46,030 bases of DNA, taken from assembly GCF_001194135.2 (NCBI RefSeq), contig NC_069005.1:13387775-13433804 (forward strand). The letters are read 5' to 3'. The position numbers and the translations under genes are program-made. Each line of letters opens with the position of its first letter. The first letter of the stretch is position 1. Below, piece after piece: positions 24,611-36,615 of the stretch. The DNA is from Octopus bimaculoides. Lineage: Eukaryota. The notes beneath the pieces are model-generated. The model saw only the letters and a program-made list of their open reading frames with translations, ran no database searches and was not told where the DNA came from.

Positions 24611-25732
24611 CGTCTTTAATTTTTCTGTTAATGTTTATATGGGTCTTATGTTTCAGCGGATCAAGATCAAGATCTTAATTTGTTGTTAATATCGGTTCAT
24701 CAGAAATCTAGTGGTTAGTACAAGATTTATTGGATTAGACAGTCATCCTGTAATTACGCTTTTGTGAATAAGTGATAAATGCGGTATGCTGTACTGAAGA
24801 ACGTATCAGTGATTTGCAGGCTGATGTAAATATCATGTCTTTATATACCGTATCTTTGGCATCTTCGTTGATAGAAAAGAGGAACCAGCCAGACTAGATT
24901 TAATCATAACTTGGAAAGTCCTAAGCCACCGGAAGCCCATGTTTAACAGGGACAATATTTATAAATTCACTATTACTAAGAGCTTAACTAAATCGGATAA
25001 TCTGATTAATGCATTTTTGGCAGCTAGATTGATCTATAAATTCCTGATGCATTAACGGCATCTGTTTCAATACTATGTGATGCAACAGAATATATCCATA
25101 GATTGCAAACTTTTATATAATATCTCGGCACATTGTAAAGGTGGTTTCAAGCGGACTATCTTACAAATGTATTGAGATTCTGTCAGCGACCGAGTACCAT
25201 CAGTAACTGTCTACATAGACATTATTTTAAAATGCATTATTATTATTAAGGGTTTCGGCAAATCGAATAAACTGATTTGAATATATAACGCTTTCTTACT
25301 AGTTCAATCAATATTTTTGTGTTGGTGGTTCTTTGTTCCAACGTTCTACTATACTTTACAATTTATCGATAGATTTTAGCCAATATTGTATATAACAGAC
25401 AAGCATAAACATTTTAATCCGCTAGAATTGCTTTAATTCTGTGCTGAGATCTCATTAGCGAATGAGTATCGTTTTTAACTGTCCACAGAAACACACCCAG
25501 CAAAGTCATGTTTGAAACCTCCAACTGATCTGAAGCTTTTATCTTAACAGTTTCCTTAGTTTAAAAAAGAAACATTTCTTTATTTTACAGGCTTCAAAGA
25601 TTCATTTCTTTTTCTTTTCCTTTTGTATCGATTCTACTTTTTCTACTACACTTCTGAAAAATGTCGTCTGCCAATCGTCCGCAATTTTTTCTTTGGTTTT
25701 TGTGTCCTATTTATTATTATTTTCAGCATATG

Positions 25733-25895
25733 AGGTGCAGGAGTGACTGTGTGGTAAGAAGCTTGTTTCCCAACCACATGGTTCCTCGTTCAGTTTCACT
25801 GCTTGGCACTTTGAGCAAGTGTCTTGTACTATAGCCTCGGAGCGGCCAAGACCTTGTGAGTGGATTTGGTAGACAGACTGAAAGAAGGCCGTTAA

Positions 25896-25938
<43 letters not shown>

Positions 25939-26115
25939 TGTCTGTCGTTGTGTCTCTGTTTGTTCCCCCATCACCGCTTAACAACCGCTGTTGGTGTGTT
26001 TACTTTCCCGAGATCGATAGAATAAGTATGAGGGTTTAAAACTAAGTCCTGGACTCGATTCATTCGATTAAAACTTCTTCAAGGCCAACATGGCCACAGT
26101 CTAACGACTGTAACT
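25733..26115 (+). mobile_element. tRNA-derived SINE, family B, with internal (TA)/(TG) microsatellite
   Basis: GGAGTGACTGTGTGGTAAG head, CORE-like CTTTGAGCAAGTGTCTT, CCTTGTGAGTGGATTTGGTAGAC. Confidence 0.88.
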
Positions 26116-26572
26116 TACCCCACAATTACCCTTCTTTTATTCATTTTTCACCCTTGTATTAACTTATTATTCGACGTATTTGTCAGTGAGTGTGTGGTGG
26201 GGTGTTAGTATGCATCTGTTTATTAGCAACAATTCTGTATTGCTCTGTCTTTCAGTTTCTTCTTTCATATTTTCAGAAAAGAAAAGTTGTCTAAACATAT
26301 TGGCTTCAGCACATAAAGCACATTGCGGTCAGCACATAAAAACGTTTAAAATCCACGGAGCAGAATCATTTTCAGTGATTCTGCAACTATTTCAGTTGGC
26401 AGAATGGATTTACCAGAATAGTGTATATTTGGTCAGAGCGGAAAAATTTAGGGGTTAGTGGAGTTTTTAGGAAGGGGAAGAAATAGTTGACTCCAGTTAC
26501 CTAATTATTTATACAACTCACAAGAGAGGAGAGCGCGACTAGATTTATCTATTAAGGAGTTGCTTAATGTCT

Positions 26573-26636
<64 letters not shown>

Positions 26637-27711
26637 NNNNNNNNNNNNNNNNNNNNNNNNNNNNNNNNNNNNNNNNNNNNNNNNNNNNNNNNNNNNNNNN
26701 NNNNNNNNNNNNNNNNNNNNNNNNNNNNNNNNNNNNNNNNNNNNNNNNNNNNNNNNNNNNNNNNNNNNNNNNNNNNNNNNNNNNNNNNNNNNNNNNNNNN
26801 NNNNNNNNNNNNNNNNNNNNNNNNNNNNNNNNNNNNNNNNNNNNNNNNNNNNNNNNNNNNNNNNNNNNNNNNNNNNNNNNNNNNNNNNNNNNNNNNNNNN
26901 NNNNNNNNNNNNNNNNNNNNNNNNNNNNNNNNNNNNNNNNNNNNNNNNNNNNNNNNNNNNNNNNNNNNNNNNNNNNNNNNNNNNNNNNNNNNNNNNNNNN
27001 NNNNNNNNNNNNNNNNNNNNNNNNNNNNNNNNNNNNNNNNNNNNNNNNNNNNNNNNNNNNNNNNNNNNNNNNNNNNNNNNNNNNNNNNNNNNNNNNNNNN
27101 NNNNNNNNNNNNNNNNNNNNNNNNNNNNNNNNNNNNNNNNNNNNNNNNNNNNNNNNNNNNNNNNNNNNNNNNNNNNNNNNNNNNNNNNNNNNNNNNNNNN
27201 NNNNNNNNNNNNNNNNNNNNNNNNNNNNNNNNNNNNNNNNNNNNNNNNNNNNNNNNNNNNNNNNNNNNNNNNNNNNNNNNNNNNNNNNNNNNNNNNNNNN
27301 NNNNNNNNNNNNNNNNNNNNNNNNNNNNNNNNNNNNNNNNNNNNNNNNNNNNNNNNNNNNNNNNNNNNNNNNNNNNNNNNNNNNNNNNNNNNNNNNNNNN
27401 NNNNNNNNNNNNNNNNNNNNNNNNNNNNNNNNNNNNNNNNNNNNNNNNNNNNNNNNNNNNNNNNNNNNNNNNNNNNNNNNNNNNNTATATATATATATAT
27501 ATATATACATACATACATAGAGAGAGAGATAAGTGGTAAAGAGTTAAGGACACTCACACAGACAAACTGAAAGACATCAGTTAGACAAAGACAGAGATGC
27601 ATAGACGTGTACGTAGACATACATTTTTATATGAATAAATTTTGGGAAAAATTTAGTAACATATTACGCATTAATATAAATCTAAATCAACACACAGACA
27701 GACAGACAGAC

Positions 27712-27781
<70 letters not shown>

Positions 27782-28121
27782 TACATGTGGGAACGTGCGG
27801 TCTTTGTTTCCTTGTTTACATACTTAGATAAACATATCCATTCGAAATTAAGAAATATTTTATTGAAATTTCCTATAAAACCATATCTGACGCAATATGC
27901 AGGAGAACTTGTATGCCAATACCTGGGAATGAATAGCTGGGTTGTATGTCTGAATGGATGATCTCCACTTCGCTTCTTCACTCTTTAGTCTATATTTATT
28001 TTCACCATTATTCTCGATTCTATATGCAAATGTGGAACATCAACTACATATACATACATGCATACAACCATATATATAATTATATATATATATATATATA
28101 TATGTTCCATTNNNNNNNNNN

Positions 28122-28165
<44 letters not shown>

Positions 28166-28374
28166 TACATCTCTGTGTATGTGAAACGTGTTGGATTCTA
28201 TTTATAATTCCCTATTTTTCGGTGTTTTCAATTGGACAACATCTAAACATCGTTTTGATATTATTTTTCCCTATGTTTCTCTTCCAATATAATTTCTTGG
28301 CCATAATTTAACGGCGTCCAATTCTTTACATTCCATATCTTTCTCTAAACATAGATACATACATACATACATAT

Positions 28375-28411
<37 letters not shown>

Positions 28412-28576
28412 TAGATAGAGAGAGAGATAGACAGATGATACATACATACATAAATACATATATACATGTATGTGTGCATGTATACATATATGTATATATG
28501 TATATGTGTGTGTTTATTACACACACTCACGCACACATATTCATGTAACTGTGAATGTGTGTGTGCGTGTGTGTGT

Positions 28577-28623
<47 letters not shown>

Positions 28624-28785
28624 TAAGTGAAATAAATACATGTAAATACGCGTACATCAAAATGCATGCGTGAACGCATGAATACGTGAATGCAACTTTG
28701 CACACTTGGGAATGAATTTTGTTATAATTATATCCACACAGTTAGCTTTGAAAATATTTATATATACATACATATATATATATAC

Positions 28786-28837
<52 letters not shown>

Positions 28838-29624
28838 GTGCTGCCTGCATATGTACTTGCATATGAATATATGTATGAACGTGTACTTATATACACATGT
28901 ATGTATTTCTATACATATCCATGTGTGTAGTGTGTATTTGCGTATGCGTGTACGTTTTTGTGGGGGTAGTATGTGTGTGTGCGCTCGCGCGTGCGGGGAC
29001 ATGTGTATTGAACACTTATATTTATTGTGATGGTAATGATGGTGATGATGTGGAAAACTACGTCCATATTCATGGGTGAATTCGTTTGACTGAAATTGTG
29101 AAACGATGGCTGGCTGGATGGATGGAGGGAGGGAGGGANNNNNNNNNNNNNNNNNNNNNNNNNNNNNNNNNNNNNNNNNNNNNNNNNNNNNNNNNNNNNN
29201 NNNNNNNNNNNNNNNNNNNNNNNNNNNNNNNNNNNNNNNNNNNNNNNNNNNNNNNNNNNNNNNNNNNNNNNNNNNNNNNNNNNNNNNNNNNNNNNNNNNN
29301 NNNNNNNNNNNNNNNNNNNNNNNNNNNNNNNNNNNNNNNNNNNNNNNNNNNNNNNNNNNNNNNNNNNNNGGAGGGAAGAAGGGAGGGAAGAAGGGAGGGA
29401 TGGAGGGAGAGATGGGATGATGTATGCTTATATGCATTATATGTGGACGTATGTAAATATTTGCGTATGTTTGTATATGTGTGTATGCATGTATGTGTGC
29501 TTGTATGTACTTGTTGGTATGTATATACATGTATGTGTGTGTGTACGTATGTATGTATTTATATTTGTATGTATGTATATGTATATGTTTGTATGTATAT
29601 GTGTGTTACGTATGTATGCAATTA

Positions 29625-30914
29625 TGTCCCAAAAGTAACCGAAGACGCTCTCTGTGGGACAAGCCCGTTGTAGTTCGGGCTTCCGCCGCTAGATGCCACT
29701 TGATGCATCAGTGTGCCGACCAGAGTCCTCGGATGGAGTCGTACTACCACGTGGTGCGTCTTTGCTTTGCAGTGCTTCTCTCTTTGTCGATTTTTGCGAC
29801 GGTTGAAACGAAGGAACAGCATGCTTCCGTGAAATTCTGGTTTCTGCTGAGAAAAATGACGGCTGAAACAGTTGTCATGCTTCAAACAGCTTACAAGGAC
29901 GCTGCCATAAGCAAAACACAAGTTTACGAGTGATTTTCCCGCTTAAGGAATGATCACTTGTCGCTTGAAGACATACCTTGTTCAGGGCGGCCGTCGACCT
30001 CCCGAACGAATGGTATTTGTATAGTCACGTCATGAAAGTTCACGAACTGATCTTGGAGGACTATCACCGAACAACTGACGAACTTGTAGATATGACTGGT
30101 GTGTCCTGGAGCTCCTACGAACGAATTTTGAGCGAGGAATTGCGAATGAAAAGTTTTGCAACAAAATTTGTGTCGTGACTGGAAGACAGTCGGAAGTTGA
30201 TCCGGACCTTTTTTTTTCGAAGGTTATCACTGGTGACGAAAGCTGGAACTATGGAATTTACAGATGTGAAAGAGGTGAAGAAAAAAACGACAGATGCGTT
30301 AAAAGGCAACATTTCGCAAGAGTTCTGGCACTGCTTCGAACAGTGGAAAACCTGCCTGGACCGNNNNNNNNNNTTTTCCCGCTTAAGGAATGATCACTTG
30401 TCGCTTGAAGACATACCTTGTTCAGGGCGGCCGTCGACCTCCCGAACGAATGGTATTTGTATAGTCACGTCATGAAAGTTCACGAACTGATCTTGGAGGA
30501 CTATCACCGAACAACTGACGAACTTGTAGATATGACTGGTGTGTCCTGGAGCTCCTACGAACGAATTTTGAGCGAGGAATTGCGAATGAAAAGTTTTGCA
30601 ACAAAATTTGTGTCGTGACTGGAAGACAGTCGGAAGTTGATCCGGACCTTTTTTTTTCGAAGGTTATCACTGGTGACGAAAGCTGGAACTATGGAATTTA
30701 CAGATGTGAAAGAGGTGAAGAAAAAAACGACAGATGCGTTAAAAGGCAACATTTCGCAAGAGTTCTGGCACTGCTTCGAACAGTGGAAAACCTGCCTGGA
30801 CCGATGCATTGCTTTAAATGGAGAATTCTTTGAAGGCGATAAAAGTGTAAACATGTAAAATTAAGTGAATAGAATAATATTGCAAAATTCCGGTTTCTTT
30901 TGGGTACCCGGTCG
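29625..30914 (+). mobile_element. Second copy of Mariner M1; contains a 430-bp duplication across a 10-N gap
   Basis: Eroded left TIR TCCCAAAAGTAACCG; right TIR TTCCGGTTTCTTTTGGGTACCCGGTCG plus TA (30915-30916). Same junction after GDES as copy 1. 29934-30363 is repeated at 30374-30803. Confidence 0.9.
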
Positions 30915-31319
30915 TATGTGTGTGTGTATGTATGTTATGTCAGGTCAGTTTTAGTGCTACTTTTAACATGCAGCTTGTCCCATGGTTAGACCATCGACAA
31001 CTAATCTGGTAAGAATAATGGTAATTTTCGTTGCATGCCCTAAAGAACGAACAACAAAAACTGTCAAAGAATAGATTAACTCAGTAGAGTCAAGAGCCAT
31101 TAAAAAACTGGGAATGAGAGGCATCTACACTTTGTTTAGACATCATTCTTGGAGAAGGAAGTTCCGAAGTAGCATTCGCCTAATTGCTGAGTCGCTCACG
31201 TTGCTTCTTTCTGGACTACTTGGCTTTGCAGGTGAATCTCAGCGGCATTATACAAGCTGTTATTGACTTTAAACATCAGAATATGCAATGCTGCCAGTCA
31301 TTGTCTTTAACATTTAGGA

Positions 31320-31558
31320 CTGTGGTTCTCAACCATTTTGTCACCCCTTCGATTCCTATTTCCCTCCAGTGGATCCCTATAGCCATTCGCTGTTTAAAAA
31401 GTCCAATAATATATTTACAATTAAATATTATTATGAGTTGTATCAAAAAATTGGTAAAATATTTTGTGTATTGTAGAACTATAACCAATTTATTGCAGAT
31501 AAATTTTAACGACAAAAGGGTCATAGGAACCCTACTGAGGGTCATAGGAACCCTACTG
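31320..31558. mobile_element. Possible hAT-like MITE relic
   Basis: Starts CTGTGGTTCTCAACC (cf. CAGTGGTTCTCAACC hAT ends) and ends in a 21-bp tandem duplication AGGGTCATAGGAACCCTACTG. No 8-bp TSD seen. Confidence 0.35.
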
Positions 31559-31627
31559 CAATGATCGTAAGTAAGCAGATATGTGTGCATGTGTATTTCT
31601 GTGTGTCTGCATATATATATAAATATA

Positions 31628-31660
<33 letters not shown>

Positions 31661-32214
31661 NNNNNNNNNNNNNNNNNNNNNNNNNNNNNNNNNNNNNNNN
31701 NNNNNNNNNNNNNNNNNNNNNNNNNNNNNNNNNNNNNNNNNNNNNNNNNNNNNNNNNNNNNNNNNNNNNNNNNNNNNNNNNNNNNNNNNNNNNNNNNNNN
31801 NNNNNNNNNNNNNNNNNNNNNNNNNNNNNNNNNNNNNNNNNNNNNNNNNNNNNNNNNNNNNNNNNNNNNNNNNNNNNNNNNNNNNNNNNNNNNNNNNNNN
31901 NNNNNNNNNNNNNNNNNNNNNNNNNNNNNNNNNNNNNNNNNNNNNNNNNNNNNNNNNNNNNNNNNNNNNNNNNNNNNNNNNNNNNNNNNNNNNNNNNNNN
32001 NNNNNNNNNNNNNNNNNNNNNNNNNNNNNNNNNNNNNNNNNNNNNNNNNNNNNNNNNNNNNNNNNNNNNNNNNNNNNNNNNNNNNNNNNNNNNNNNNNNN
32101 NNNNNNNNNNNNNNNNNNNNNNNNNNNNNNNNNNNNNNNNNNNNNNNNNNNNNNNNNNNNNNNNNNNNNNNNNNNNNNNNNNNNNNNNNNNNNNNNNNNN
32201 NNNNNNNNNAGCAT

Positions 32215-32230
32215 GAAACGTGCGTACTGC
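32215..32230 (+). ncRNA. 3' half of a hammerhead-like motif; the 5' half would lie in the gap
   Basis: GAAAC-GTGC-GTA immediately after gap 31661-32209. Confidence 0.35.
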
Positions 32231-32306
32231 AATAACCGTTGAAATCCATGTTGCTTTTTTGATTTTATATATATATATAATACAGAATGAGACAAGAACG
32301 CAAAAG

Positions 32307-32388
32307 ATCCAGACAGTCAGGTGATACAAGAAAGGGACAAAACATCCAGACAGTTAGGTGATACAAGAAAGGGACAAAACATCCAGAT
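32307..32388. repeat. 37-bp tandem repeat (two copies plus a partial)
   Basis: ATCCAGACAGT(C/T)AGGTGATACAAGAAAGGGACAAAAC at 32307 and 32344, partial at 32381. Confidence 0.85.
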
Positions 32389-33118
32389 AAACGATACAAA
32401 GAAAACAAGGACAGGTCATTCGGTCGGAGTTTTCTTTCTTCAGTCGAGATCCAGATTATCCTTGCAATTTCGGCCAGTTATTCTCGATATTGCTCCAATC
32501 TGGCCAGCCCCAAGGAAAAAACTAATCTTAGAGCATTAGATTCCTTGGGAGAAAGCAGCGAATTCTTTTGTATATATGCCTTTGCTTATTCATTGATTCC
32601 CTTTTGAGATCGATAGTGAATCGCCAGTAGCTTATATAACATAGTAAATCTTTGTGTTCTTTATCAGAGTTCTACGCATGCCAAAAATGTTTAGGGGTTA
32701 GTATTCTTTATATGAAAGAATGAATATTCCTCTATACCGGCGTAACTGAGTTCGGTAAAAATTAAGGTATTGTATGTCTGTATGCATTATGTACGTAGTT
32801 CGGCATGAAGGTAGGTAGATATATGTGTAGCTATGTGTGTACGTATAATATATATATATATATATATATATTAGTAATAATAACAATTGACTCTTTGGTG
32901 TGCATGTATAAACATATATGTATGTACATCTAAACACACATATAGGTATTCATGTATTTATGTTTATGTATTTATGTATACCTGTATATGTTAAAGTATG
33001 CATGCATATGCATATATATGTCAGTTTTTATGGGGTTTTTTATATGGTTTTTTATATGCTTTTATATTTTTATATCTATATTTGAATTTTGCAAACTTTA
33101 CGAACTGAACTTTGTAAA

Positions 33119-33248
33119 TTTCTGAAGAGGCCTAGAGAATCATGCATGTACCTCCATTGCATCCATTTCATCTACCAATTACTCCAGCTTACTGGAGTTA
33201 TATCGATAGAATAAAGCATGCCACCTCTAGGCTGAAACAACTGTAAGA
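33119..33248 (+). ncRNA. Minimal hammerhead ribozyme with long branched stem II
   Basis: CTGAAGA 33122-33128; stem II GGCCTAGAG/CTCTAGGCT; GAAAC 33234-33238; loop AACT; GTA 33243-33245; short stem I TTT/AGA. Confidence 0.72.
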
Positions 33249-33408
33249 CATTGTCCCTTCTTCGGTCACTAGACGTCCCTTTGAATTTTGAATTTTTAAT
33301 TGTCGATATGTCATAGTGTGTCATATGTGTTTGTATAGTGTTTTTATTGTCCTCTTGGTTGAAAAATAAACAGGCAAATTAACATAGGACAGTGTCTGCA
33401 AGTTAATG

Positions 33409-33486
33409 AGTGCCACTGCGTGACATTTTGGGCAGACCAAAGCCTTGTGAGTGGATTTGGTAGACGGAAACTGAAAGAAGCTCGTC

Positions 33487-33517
<31 letters not shown>

Positions 33518-33736
33518 CGTGTGTGTGTGTGTTTCTGTGTTTGTGCCCCCAACATCGCTTGACAACCGATGCTGGTGTGTTTACGTCTCCGTATCTTGGT
33601 GGTTGGGCAAAAGACACCCATAGAGTAAGTACTAGGCTTACAAAGAATAAGTCCTGGGGTCGATTTGCTCGACTACAGGCGGTGCTCCAGCATGGCCGCA
33701 GTCAAATGACTGAAACAAGTACAAGAATAAAAGAAT
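33409..33736 (+). mobile_element. Family B SINE with damaged head
   Basis: GACCAAAGCCTTGTGAGTGGATTTGGTAGACGGAAACTG...GGCGGTGCTCCAGCATGGCCGCAGTCAAATGACTGAAAC. Confidence 0.9.
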
Positions 33737-34441
33737 GAAATAATATATATATACACACACACACACGTATGTGTGTATGTATGTGTATATATGTATGTAT
33801 GCATGTACTATGTATGTATGTATGTATGTATGTATGTATGTCAGTGGGTACGTATACACATATGTTGATATGTTATGTAGATATTTCTTTTATACAAGTC
33901 TTTGTTCACTGATCGATTCCTCGATGAAAATCGATTTCTTAATTCATACTGTGAATTGCTAATAGCTTATGTAACTAACTAAAACATACAATTTCCATAA
34001 TGACTATATTTCTTGTATAGAAACTATACTAAACCAATTCTTCTCTACAGATCTTATGCCCGCAAAGAAAAATCTGACAAATTCTGATACATTTCTGCTG
34101 ATAAACATTGAATTATCTGTGTTCATGCATTAAATACATGTCGTTTCTTGAAGCCATTCTCAAATATAGTTGTTCAGTTCTTTCAAATTCTTAATCAACA
34201 AGTAATACATCTTTTTTCTTTTTGTTTGTTTTTGTTTTGTTTTTGTTGAATTTGATTTCATTCTTTTTCATTCGTAACACAAAGGCGACTAACCATACGG
34301 AAATGCGCTGCGGTTTTCATTGATAATAATGGTGGCAGTTAAAACAAAAGCAACATAAAATACTCTTAAGAATCCTTATTTAATACCAATACGTTCGAAA
34401 ATATATAATGTGAAGTGGTGGAAATCAGTTCTTGAAATGAT

Positions 34442-34492
<51 letters not shown>

Positions 34493-34700
34493 CATATATA
34501 TATATATATATGTATATACATATATATATATATATGTATATACATATATATATATATATGTATATTATGTTTATATGTATATATATGCATGTATATATGT
34601 ATATATGTGTGTATATATATATTTAATACATATATATATAGTTAACACTTGTATATACATATGCATATATATATACTTATACAAATATACATACATATAT

Positions 34701-34746
<46 letters not shown>

Positions 34747-34960
34747 TAATACATACATATGCACACATATACGTGTGTAAGAGGATGAATGTAGATTCGT
34801 CCTTTAATTTGGAGTGGTTTCCAAAAAGATTTCTAACGTTGATTGCTGAGAGTTTACTGGTGTAAATTGGCGAAGATATAAAAAGTAGTATTAGAATATG
34901 AAATGTATGATTAATGTATGGAGGAGATAAGATGTTAAAAAGTTGTAAGAAGTTTATTCA

Positions 34961-35033
34961 TGCATACAGTTGTTTCGTACATAGATATAAATCCATTTTG
35001 AATTTGCAAATTATCAAAGTACTCATCAGTGCA
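34961..35033 (-). ncRNA. Minimal type I hammerhead ribozyme, fully canonical core
   Basis: Minus strand: TGCA-CTGATGA-GTAC...GTAC-GAAAC-AACT-GTA-TGCA. Core at 35023-35029, GAAAC at 34972-34976, GUA at 34965-34967, 4-bp stem I, G-C closing pair of stem II. Confidence 0.82.
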
Positions 35034-35317
35034 GAGAAAAATAATAGGAACTTTAAAAAAGAGCAGAGAAGTTGGATCTATGAGTTTCATGTTTATCTGT
35101 TCCTGTCTATGTGTGATAATGATGGGAGTCATGTCAATTATTAAACCACAACTAACAGATGAATGGTTAGGGCATGATATAAATATAGAGATATCGATAA
35201 CATTATCTCTATACATTAGTTTTTACGCTAAACTTTCTACATCTGTTCATGATTTTTTATGAAAAAAATATCAAGTATTGTTTTTTAACGGTTACCTTTA
35301 ATTTATATTAGGTAACA

Positions 35318-35718
35318 AGACGTAGGAGTGGCTGTGTGGTAAGTAGCTTGCTTACCAAACACATGGTCCCGGGTTCAGTCCCACTGTGTGGCATCTTGGG
35401 CAAGTGTCTTCTACTATAGCCTCGGGCCGACCAAAGCCTTGTGAGTGGATTTGGTAGACGGAAACTGAAAGAAGCCTGTCGTATATATGTATATATATAT
35501 GTGTATATGTGTATGTGTTTGTATGTCTGTGTTTGTCCCCCCAACATCGCTTGACAACCGATGCTGGTGTGTTTATGTCCCCGTAACTTAGCGGTTCGGT
35601 AAAAGAGACCGATAGAATAAGTACTAGGCTTCCAAAGAATAAGTCCTGGGGTCGATTTGCTCGACTAAAGGCGGTGCTCCAGCATGGCCACAGTCAAAAG
35701 ACTGAAACAAGTAAAAAG
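35318..35718 (+). mobile_element. Full-length family B SINE
   Basis: A-box-like TGGCTGTGTGG, B-box-like GGTTCAGTCC, CORE-like TCTTGGGCAAGTGTCTT, internal microsatellite, 3' GACTGAAACAAGTAAA. Confidence 0.93.
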
Positions 35719-35873
35719 GGTTTAAAAAAAAGAGTAGCTTTTTCTCATTGGATATTTCTCTAACTCGCCCTATGCATCATATATTGAGATTTAATTAGCA
35801 AATCTATACACACATACACATATTCACACACACACACATATATATATATATACATGTGTGTGCGTGTGTGTGA

Positions 35874-35912
<39 letters not shown>

Positions 35913-35915
<3 letters not shown>

Positions 35916-36058
35916 GACGGGCTTCTTTCAGTTTCCGTCTACCAAATACACTCAGCTATAGTAGATAGCAGTTGCTCAAGGTGTCACACAATAGCTCTTA
36001 ACCCCCAGGTTCATATGGTTGGGTAGCTAATGTCTTACCACACAGCCAGGCTTGCGCT
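35913..36058 (-). mobile_element. Diverged family B SINE head and body, inverted relative to 35318-35718
   Basis: GACGGGCTTCTTTCAGTTTCCGTCTACCAAAT...CTTACCACACAGCC. Confidence 0.8.
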
Positions 36059-36270
36059 TATACATAGATATATACATATATACATATATACATATGTGTG
36101 TATGTGTATGTGTATGTGTGTATGTGTATGTGTGTATGTGTGTTTGTATATATGTATATAGCCAGATTGGCCTTCATACTGGCGAGAAGGGATAGACATC
36201 CCTCTGTGATTCATCTAATAATGCAGTATCGCATGATGAAATGAATCAGTGATGATTATCAACTGGTTGG

Positions 36271-36354
36271 CCACGGATGATACGGACTACTATACTAATC
36301 CCTAGGATATGGATTCTGTTGTCAAAATCTAGTGACGTGGAAACGCGCGTAGTG
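36271..36354 (+). ncRNA. Degenerate hammerhead-like motif
   Basis: (C)GGATGA, stem II TACG/CGTG, GAAAC 36340-36344, palindromic AC-GCGC-GT, GUA 36349-36351. The core has a substitution or deletion. Confidence 0.45.
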
Positions 36355-36559
36355 ATGTATTAAATATTTATAAATTCCATCCTAGAATCATTGTTATCAT
36401 TATATTCATCCTACATTATATCGGTATAACCATGATGCAACCTCGGAAAACTGATTTACTATCATTAGACAGTAGCCGACATAATGAAATAGAAGCTTTA
36501 TCTGCATACAAATAACGTCACCATAGACGAATTAGAAAGATATTTATACATATATATTT

Positions 36560-36615
36560 GGAGGCGCAATGGCCCAGTGGTTAGGGCAGCGGACTCGCGG
36601 TCATAGGATCGCTGT
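36560..36615 (+). mobile_element. tRNA-like SINE head (family C), truncated by a gap
   Basis: GGAGGCGCAATGGCCCAGTGGTTAGGGCAGCGGACTCGCGG contains A-box TGGCCCAGTGG. Gap starts at 36616. Confidence 0.6.

Noticed and set aside
24640-24705. Minus-strand hammerhead (CTGATGA...GAAAC-ATAA-GAC)
   Set aside because: The cleavage triplet is GAC rather than NUH, and stems I and II do not pair. At most a dead relic.
26250-26335. Possible small exon after a good acceptor (TTTCATATTTTCAG|)
   Set aside because: The donor is weak and the peptide is unrecognisable; such acceptors are common in AT-rich DNA.
29110-29412. G-quadruplex regulatory element in (GGGA)n
   Set aside because: It is a simple repeat interrupted by a gap, with no promoter context.
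32420-32445. Minus-strand CTGAAGA-AA-GAAAC
   Set aside because: Stem II is absent and there is no valid cleavage triplet.
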